A stretch of DNA of 34,139 nucleotides from NCBI GenBank assembly GCA_016839815.1, contig JAEOTM010000169.1:1-34139 (forward strand), read 5' to 3'. Shown here piece after piece: positions 28,216-34,139 of this stretch; within the stretch, counting starts at the first letter, position 1; the number at the start of each line of letters is the position of its first letter. Position numbers and translations under genes: made by a program. A model generated the notes under the pieces. The model was not told the origin of the DNA and made no database searches. It worked only from the letters and a program-made list of their open reading frames with translations. The stretch is from Candidatus Hodarchaeota archaeon (GTDB lineage Archaea > Asgardarchaeota > Heimdallarchaeia > Hodarchaeales > Hodarchaeaceae).

Positions 28216-28272
28216 AAACTACACCTTTAAACAAGAATCAGTAATTGCTGTCCATTTAGGTAATATTACTGA

Positions 28273-28303
28273 GAGTATTCGACGATTAGGAGAATACTCC
28301 TAA
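28273..28303. promoter_or_regulatory. Overlapping inverted repeats in the divergent arsC/hef promoter region
   Basis: GAGTATTC-N11-GAATACTC (28273-28299) and TTAGGAG-AATA-CTCCTAA (28286-28303). Confidence 0.35.
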
Positions 28304-28396
28304 AATATCTCTGAAAACATTATGAACGATATTTTCAAGGAGAACTCTTAGATATTAAATGTTAGGATGATAGTATAATAGAGTGGATCTTTACTC

Positions 28397-29950
28397 ATGA
28401 AACTTGTTCTCCCTAATACTGAATCACGGATTTACCAACAAGTTATCTTTTCAGATTGTGTTTCAAACCCTAGAAACACATTAGTTGTCCTTCCGACTGG
28501 TCTTGGAAAAACAATTATCATGGCTTATTTGAGTGCTTATAGTCTCAATAAAGTCCCTGAACGGCAGGTACTTGTAGTTACACCTACTCGTCCACTTGTT
28601 CATCAGATAAAACAAATGTTTACTGAATTTATAGGCAATCTTGACGTTGATTCGATTTTAGAAGTCTCGGGTGAAACTTCGCCAGCAAAACGAGAGGAAA
28701 AATACCCTGACGCAAAAATTATTATTGGAACACCCCAAACCATAGAAAATGATTTACTTTATGAGAGATTGAAAATTAAGAATGTTCATCTACTGTGTAT
28801 TGATGAGGTACATCGTGCTACTGGAGACTATGCATATGTAAGCATTGCAAAAGAAGCCAAGTGCCAAATTATAGGATTTACAGCGACTCCTGGGAATAAT
28901 CCTGAAAAAATCCTAGAAGTATGTGAAAATTTGAGGATAGGAAAGATATCGGTTACCAATCCAACAGATTATGATGTCCAGGATTTTATTTCCATGCATA
29001 CTCCTCATGTAATATGGATTGACTTGCCTGAGGAATATGAGTCAAAATTAACCGAATTACAGTCATTACAAGACGAGCTTGTATCAACACTTAAAGAACG
29101 ACTCCCTAGTATAAAAAAAACAAAATACCTTGGAAAACGGGAAGCACTCGCTATCCATCAACAAGTTGTTTACCAAACTAAGCAAGACTCATCATTTGGA
29201 GAATTGTTGATAGCGAGTTCGAATCTTATAAGAGTCCAACATCTAAAAGAATTAATTGAAAGTCAAGGATTTCCTCAAGTCGCCAATACTATTCAGAAAT
29301 GGCGTCAGAAGAAAAGTTCCAAAGCTTTAAGTCTCTTTTTTGAGAATCCAGTTATGTACAAGCTGACGAATTCTCTGGGGGATGATCCAATGATTCATCC
29401 TAAACTTGACTATTTAATTTCTGAACTAAAAGCCGAATTGAAGGACGATCCAAACGACGAATCCCGAATAATTATATTCAGTAATTTTCGTAATACCGTT
29501 CACTTTCTTCATGAAGAATTAAAACGCTCTGAGATAATCTCTGGGGTGTTTATCGGACATGCAAGTTCGAAATCTGACAAAGGATTATCTCAAAAAGAGC
29601 AGATAGAAGTTGTTGATCAATTTAAAACTGGTCAGATTAAAGTATTGATCAGTACATCTGTAGGTGAAGAGGGATTGGATGTAGGGAATTGTGATTTAGT
29701 GGTTTTTTATGATTCCGTCCCATCAGTAGTTCGAGCTATCCAACGACGAGGGAGAGGAAGAAAGCGAGAATCCCGCGTAATTCACCTTGTAACAAAGGGT
29801 ACTCGTGATGAAGGAATGTATTGGGCAATAAAACAAAAGGATAAACGAATGAAACGTTTTCTAAAAGAAGAATTACCTTCTTTATTGGATAAAAACCAGA
29901 AGCAGAAACAACATCATACTTTAGAGGAATTTTTTGATAATCACTCGTGA
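28397..29950 (+). CDS. hef: Hef/FANCM/Mph1-like SF2 helicase (no ERCC4 nuclease domain)
   Basis: RIYQ, LPTGLGKT, PTRPLV, TPQ, DEVHRATGDYAY, TATPG, HPKL, GLSQKEQ, TSVGEEGLD and QRRGRGR, plus a C-terminal PIP-like TLEEFF. Confidence 0.9.
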   Translation: MKLVLPNTESRIYQQVIFSDCVSNPRNTLVVLPTGLGKTIIMAYLSAYSLNKVPERQVLVVTPTRPLVHQIKQMFTEFIGNLDVDSILEVSGETSPAKREEKYPDAKIIIGTPQTIENDLLYERLKIKNVHLLCIDEVHRATGDYAYVSIAKEAKCQIIGFTATPGNNPEKILEVCENLRIGKISVTNPTDYDVQDFISMHTPHVIWIDLPEEYESKLTELQSLQDELVSTLKERLPSIKKTKYLGKREALAIHQQVVYQTKQDSSFGELLIASSNLIRVQHLKELIESQGFPQVANTIQKWRQKKSSKALSLFFENPVMYKLTNSLGDDPMIHPKLDYLISELKAELKDDPNDESRIIIFSNFRNTVHFLHEELKRSEIISGVFIGHASSKSDKGLSQKEQIEVVDQFKTGQIKVLISTSVGEEGLDVGNCDLVVFYDSVPSVVRAIQRRGRGRKRESRVIHLVTKGTRDEGMYWAIKQKDKRMKRFLKEELPSLLDKNQKQKQHHTLEEFFDNHS

Positions 29951-29958
29951 TTCAGATA

Positions 29959-30285
29959 TTACTTAGGATTCATTGAGTCCTCAAGTTTAGAATAAAATAA
30001 TTCTAAAGTTTGTTTCATATGTAAAGCAAATCGACTTTGCTCTTCCCTCAACTCCTTAATTTTTTCTTCTAATGCCGAAAGACTAGAACCAATTAATGGG
30101 TCGATGTTTCCTTGTTGCGAAGAGGGAATAGATAATTCTATTTTGTTCAACCGTTCATCTAATTTAGAAATTGCGCTGTATAATCGATTGATGTCATTGG
30201 AGAAACTAGACATTAGAATTTCCAATCCTTTTGCAGTTACAAGTTTACCCCAGGGTGTATCTACAACATGTTCATCAGAACTCAT
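29959..30285 (-). CDS. Small coiled-coil hypothetical protein
   Basis: 108-aa ORF with two heptad segments. ATG preceded by GAGGG. Confidence 0.6.
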   Translation of the reverse strand: MSSDEHVVDTPWGKLVTAKGLEILMSSFSNDINRLYSAISKLDERLNKIELSIPSSQQGNIDPLIGSSLSALEEKIKELREEQSRFALHMKQTLELFYSKLEDSMNPK

Positions 30286-30724
30286 GTAATTAAGCCCTCT
30301 GTCTCTAATTTGAGATTATTAAAACTCTCCCCCCATTTAAAACTTCCTGAAGTAAAGAGACCAATCTCTTTAAAGTGTTGTTTATTGAATTGAGAGAGAA
30401 TATTTGTACATTAAATATAATAAGAAGTTAGATTCTCAAATACTTTGCCGTATCTTCAAGTGAATCGGTGGCCTTGATATTTTTTCTTCAATAACCTACT
30501 AATTCCAGTAAGGAATTTCTCTCTTGTACACTTTTACGGTCGATAGCTTTCATAATCAAATATTCTTTCACACTATATTCAAATTGAATTACACGGGGAA
30601 GTTAAACCTATTTATTCCATTAACTGTGAGTCTAAAGGGGATGAATTATACTTTAAATTTACAAAGGTTTAAGAGAGGGTTTTGAGGTTATTTCTTTCAC
30701 AAGAGCTTCGAGGCGATACTGACT

Positions 30725-30967
30725 ATGACTCCCAAAGGCGATATAGTTGACTTAAATTGTGAACCATGTACTATTTGTAAGACAGCTATTCCATTAAAAA
30801 TGTATAAAAATGACTATAAATCTTCTATTTCTGGTGTATGCCAAGTTGTAGATGTTCATGGGCTTGATCATCCAGAGAAAAAACATGTTCGAATTTTATA
30901 CGTTGACGAACGGTTTTCTGTTCGAAGTATCTCCTTAATAACAACAATCGCGGATAAACCACGATAA
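30725..30967 (+). CDS. Small putative metal-binding protein
   Basis: CTIC, DVHG and HVRILYVD..F.VR. An SD-like GAGG lies upstream. Confidence 0.6.
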   Translation: MTPKGDIVDLNCEPCTICKTAIPLKMYKNDYKSSISGVCQVVDVHGLDHPEKKHVRILYVDERFSVRSISLITTIADKPR

Positions 30968-31021
30968 ATTTCTCTTCAAATTCATTTTGTATGAGGAGAA
31001 GTATATATCTGGCTTTCTCCT

Positions 31022-32239
31022 TTATTCTTCAGAATATAAGGACTCTCCTTCCTTGAACCACCAATAGAAGGGTAGAGTTATAAATAATTCCGTTCCGTAA
31101 AATGGAAGGATGAACATTGACAGAAAAGAGATGTGAATGATTTTTTCATATGTAGTATGATTCTTAAGAATGATTAAGGATAAAATGAGAATCAATATCA
31201 CACTTACTATATACATACTCTCCATGTGGAATAATTTCAAAAATTCGATAAGCAGTGGACCAACCAATTGAGCCACTTCGCCACGAGCAGCGATATCTCC
31301 TTGATATAAAAATACAGAAATTATTACGTCGATAATGTTGAACGGGAGAGACACTAAGATGAGGGCTAGGGAACCAAGGAAATATGGACTGAGCTCAGTT
31401 TTAACTAATGAACGGAAGCTATTTGATTTAGATTCTCTCCAGATAAATTGGATTGACTGATAAAAATAAAAAACTATAATAAATCCTACTAAATACTTAA
31501 CCGAAGCCGCAAACACGTAAAAAACCATTCCTACACTACGATTATCTTTTATTTCATAAAAATAGTAACCTATAATAAAATAAAACCACATCAGCATTGA
31601 GTTCGTAAACAGAAATGGTGATACCATTAAAAAATAAAAAGGAATCAGTTTAATATGAGGCCAGTCAATTATCTTTATCAAAATCCAATAACCAGGGATT
31701 AGGAAGAAAATATGTAGGGGAACAAACCAGTAGGTACCTAAGAATGCAAATATTCCATCCGAAATGGGTACAAACCAAATTGCATCCATAAAAGTTAACA
31801 TCCCATCTAGAAGCAAGTAAAATCCGCTGTAAATTAACAGATCAGGAGGAAAATAGTGATATCGCCCATATTTTATACCCGATGGTAAATGATGAATGAC
31901 TACATCCTGTTGGTATGGATTATGACCAGCTAAATAAGCTTCAACTCCAGAAGTGATTGCATCATCAACATCAGTATTAGCATTGGCATATGTAAATAGT
32001 AGGAAGAAAATTATAATAATTATTATTCCAGTTAGTAAATAAAGTAAGAATTGGTTTTGGAAATACCTTTTCAAATATTTTCTGACTATGCTCCGTTCAC
32101 TCTTATAATGATACTCAATCCAACCTACCCAGAGAACTAGAAATATTAGATTATACAGAATTGGCCCAAAAGAAGTGAAGACTAATTCAGAAATATCCAT
32201 GCAAACGCATCCAAATCCTTGATGAAGTATAGAATTCAT
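31022..32239 (-). CDS. Polytopic membrane protein, GT-C fold glycosyltransferase-like (GT87/DUF2029-like)
   Basis: About 10 TM helices. The first external loop is TDVDD...GHNPY...YHYFPP and there is a later SVKY motif. The likely start is ATG at 32200. Confidence 0.6.
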   Translation of the reverse strand: MNSILHQGFGCVCMDISELVFTSFGPILYNLIFLVLWVGWIEYHYKSERSIVRKYLKRYFQNQFLLYLLTGIIIIIIFFLLFTYANANTDVDDAITSGVEAYLAGHNPYQQDVVIHHLPSGIKYGRYHYFPPDLLIYSGFYLLLDGMLTFMDAIWFVPISDGIFAFLGTYWFVPLHIFFLIPGYWILIKIIDWPHIKLIPFYFLMVSPFLFTNSMLMWFYFIIGYYFYEIKDNRSVGMVFYVFAASVKYLVGFIIVFYFYQSIQFIWRESKSNSFRSLVKTELSPYFLGSLALILVSLPFNIIDVIISVFLYQGDIAARGEVAQLVGPLLIEFLKLFHMESMYIVSVILILILSLIILKNHTTYEKIIHISFLSMFILPFYGTELFITLPFYWWFKEGESLYSEE

Positions 32240-32293
32240 TCTGAAAAGAATTTATGAAGCTCCCGCCCGATTCCTCAAAAGAAGGATTATCTA

Positions 32294-33454
32294 ATGGAAA
32301 ATCAATCAGAGATGAATTTATCGAAGAAGAACATATCTTTAAAGGAAGCATTCGATAAAAAGACAATATTTTTGCTTGGTTTTGCAGCCTTCGTGCTAAT
32401 ACTTTACTTTATTCTAGAAGGTATTAGCATTGGTTCAATATTTGATACAATTCTTGGAGCAAATATTGGTATATTAATTATTGGAGCACTTTTTACATTT
32501 ATAGCTGTATTATTCGATACTCTGAGCTGGAAATTTCTTCTAGGTATCTCAAACATTAATCCCTCAATTCCAACAACATACAGAATTCAATTATCCTCGT
32601 TTTCCTATGGGTTACTAATCCCGAGTGCGGGAGCCGTTGAAGCTATTATGAAAGTTATGATGGGAACTCAAGAATTTTACAGCAAAACGGAAAAGAGATC
32701 TGCAACCAGTGGAGAGGTACTTTCAAGTGTGGTTGCTCATAAGCTCTGTGGATTACTAGCCTTTATTCCTATCTCTGCTTTTATCACTGTGTCAATGTTT
32801 GAATATCTTAGCACCATATTGGTTAAAATCGGTTACTCCCCATTACCAGAAGGATTTAACTTATTTTTCGTGTCCTTAATTTCCTTTATTACGATATTAC
32901 TTACATGTTTATTCGTGTTAATTGCACTTAAGCCGAATACAGTAAAGAGCATATTTAATGCGTTTTTATCAGGTTTTGGAGCGTTACCTTTGATTAAGAC
33001 TCGCATTGATCCTAGAAGTTTGTCTTCCGATAAAATAATTGATGATTTCAGCATCCAATTCTCATATTTAGCAAAAAGTAAATTAGTTTCATTTTTGGCG
33101 TTACTATTCGCCTTTTTTGCCCAATTAGCTCATTGGATATCAATTCTTTTGTTATTACACTCTGTAGATATTTTGATATCTTTGGATCAAGTAGCTGCCG
33201 TAAATTTTCTAGGAGGTACTGTAGATCTTATACCCGTTGGCATTCCTGGAATGGCTGGACTTAAAGAAATTTCGTTATCAGTATTTATTGAGTATGGCCT
33301 AAGTATTAGGACGGATAAAGCGCTTTCAGGTGCTATTCTTGTCCAATTAATGAAATTTTACTTTTTAATCATAGTTGGACTAACTGTCTACATTTTAGGC
33401 AAGACTCGTGTAACTTCTCAGGATTTTGAAAATTCTCGTTCCTCAATTCCCTAA
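32294..33454 (+). CDS. Lysylphosphatidylglycerol synthase TM-domain / UPF0104 flippase-like membrane protein
   Basis: Multiple TM helices; W..LL, IPSAG and PVGIPGMAGLKE motifs. Confidence 0.8.
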   Translation: MENQSEMNLSKKNISLKEAFDKKTIFLLGFAAFVLILYFILEGISIGSIFDTILGANIGILIIGALFTFIAVLFDTLSWKFLLGISNINPSIPTTYRIQLSSFSYGLLIPSAGAVEAIMKVMMGTQEFYSKTEKRSATSGEVLSSVVAHKLCGLLAFIPISAFITVSMFEYLSTILVKIGYSPLPEGFNLFFVSLISFITILLTCLFVLIALKPNTVKSIFNAFLSGFGALPLIKTRIDPRSLSSDKIIDDFSIQFSYLAKSKLVSFLALLFAFFAQLAHWISILLLLHSVDILISLDQVAAVNFLGGTVDLIPVGIPGMAGLKEISLSVFIEYGLSIRTDKALSGAILVQLMKFYFLIIVGLTVYILGKTRVTSQDFENSRSSIP

Positions 33455-33624
33455 TCTAGGCTGAATGATAATAATTTACATAGATTTTTATGGAATCCTA
33501 GAATCCCCCAAAACATATTAAATCAAAAAGATGGCTACTTTAATAAAAAGAACAAAAGATGAGCTAATTACTGAGGGGTTATGGAAAAAAGCAGTGGTCT
33601 ATCTTCCCCAAGGTGAAAAAATAA

Positions 33625-34139
33625 GTGAGTGATTTAACCCGAGCTGACTTACATTCTCATACCTATTACTCACTATTGAGGTTACCAAAACTCAAGGGGT
33701 CCCACTTTTTTCAAGATTCTGCCTTATCACCAAAATTACTAGTTAAGTTAGCACGTCGACAGAAGCTCAATGCCATAGCTCTTACTGATCACAATAATAT
33801 GAACGGTATTAAACCATTTTTACATTATGCATCAAAATATAACGATATAGTTCCAATTGTGGGTCAAGAAGTTACGAAATATGATCAAAACCGTCATGGG
33901 TGGGCTCATATACTCGTTTATGGCTTAAAGAAGATTCCATGGAATATTCGTTTTTTACCCCTTCCAGAGTTCTTGGAATTTCTTGATGATTCAAATGCTT
34001 TGTATATTTTAGCACATCCTTTTGACCTTTCTCAAAGCGCTCCTGCAGGAGGATATGATTCACAAACTTACACTATCAATGCCTCTGTGTTAAAACGTAT
34101 TGGGATGGTAGAAATTATCAACGGTCTGCAACCGAAGAG
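33625..34139 (+). CDS. PHP-domain metal-dependent phosphoesterase (truncated by window end; absent from ORF track)
   Basis: GTG at 33625 after AGGTGA. Translates as MSDLTRADLHSHT...ALTDHN...GQEVT...HILVYG...AHPF...VEIING and stays open to the window edge. Confidence 0.85.
   Translation, partial: MSDLTRADLHSHTYYSLLRLPKLKGSHFFQDSALSPKLLVKLARRQKLNAIALTDHNNMNGIKPFLHYASKYNDIVPIVGQEVTKYDQNRHGWAHILVYGLKKIPWNIRFLPLPEFLEFLDDSNALYILAHPFDLSQSAPAGGYDSQTYTINASVLKRIGMVEIINGLQPK

Noticed and set aside
28219-28224. GTG start followed by TAG read-through (pyrrolysine) for arsC
   Set aside because: An amber codon at position 2 is implausible, other genes here use TAG as a normal stop, and the GTG fits better as part of the SD sequence.
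30428-30600. Minus-strand reading frame interrupted by one TGA (..ELVGY*RKNIK..), considered as a selenoprotein or pseudogene
   Set aside because: It is short, has no recognisable homology or redox motif, and no SECIS-like hairpin was identified.
629-33054. Short antisense or out-of-frame ORFs in the track (629-859, 2520-2711, 5674-5907, 9695-9889, 11370-11570, 11692-12006, 13681-13869, 16338-16568, 17201-17419, 18549-18878, 23248-23634, 27466-27687, 27750-27977, 30104-30289, 32833-33054)
   Set aside because: Each overlaps a longer, better-supported gene and has no recognisable motif, so they are treated as shadow ORFs.
33872-34063. 63-aa minus-strand ORF
   Set aside because: It is antisense to the clear PHP-domain gene starting at 33625.

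Overview
A gene-dense, AT-rich archaeal chromosomal segment. It is very probably from an Asgard archaeon (inference), because it carries many eukaryote-signature domains: roadblock, longin/uDENN, an Arf-like GTPase, a RING E3 and a tubulin-like protein. Housekeeping genes include EndoQ, NreA, a Hef-type helicase, Cdc48, a PAC2/Pba proteasome chaperone, ribose-1,5-bisphosphate isomerase, a CinA-like protein, a sugar nucleotidyltransferase, ArsC, a GT-C membrane enzyme, a UPF0104 membrane protein and a truncated PHP gene. Three candidate undescribed systems stand out. (1) An apparent operon (11193-18186) joins a 1173-aa helical-repeat rod protein, a tubulin/FtsZ-superfamily GTPase and two helical proteins. 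The GTPase has an FtsZ/CetZ-like core but a C-terminus matching the eukaryotic tubulin H11'-H12 signature. (2) A folliculin/SMCR8-like longin domain that keeps the GAP arginine-finger motif is fused to two roadblock domains; it lies near a standalone roadblock gene and an Arf-longin GTPase. (3) A Cdc6/ExeA-like AAA+ winged-helix gene sits beside an 861-bp AT-rich gap with symmetric ATCCA/TGGAT motifs, a candidate replication origin. I recognised no rRNA, tRNA, CRISPR array or transposase. All family calls come from motifs read by eye, not from database searches.
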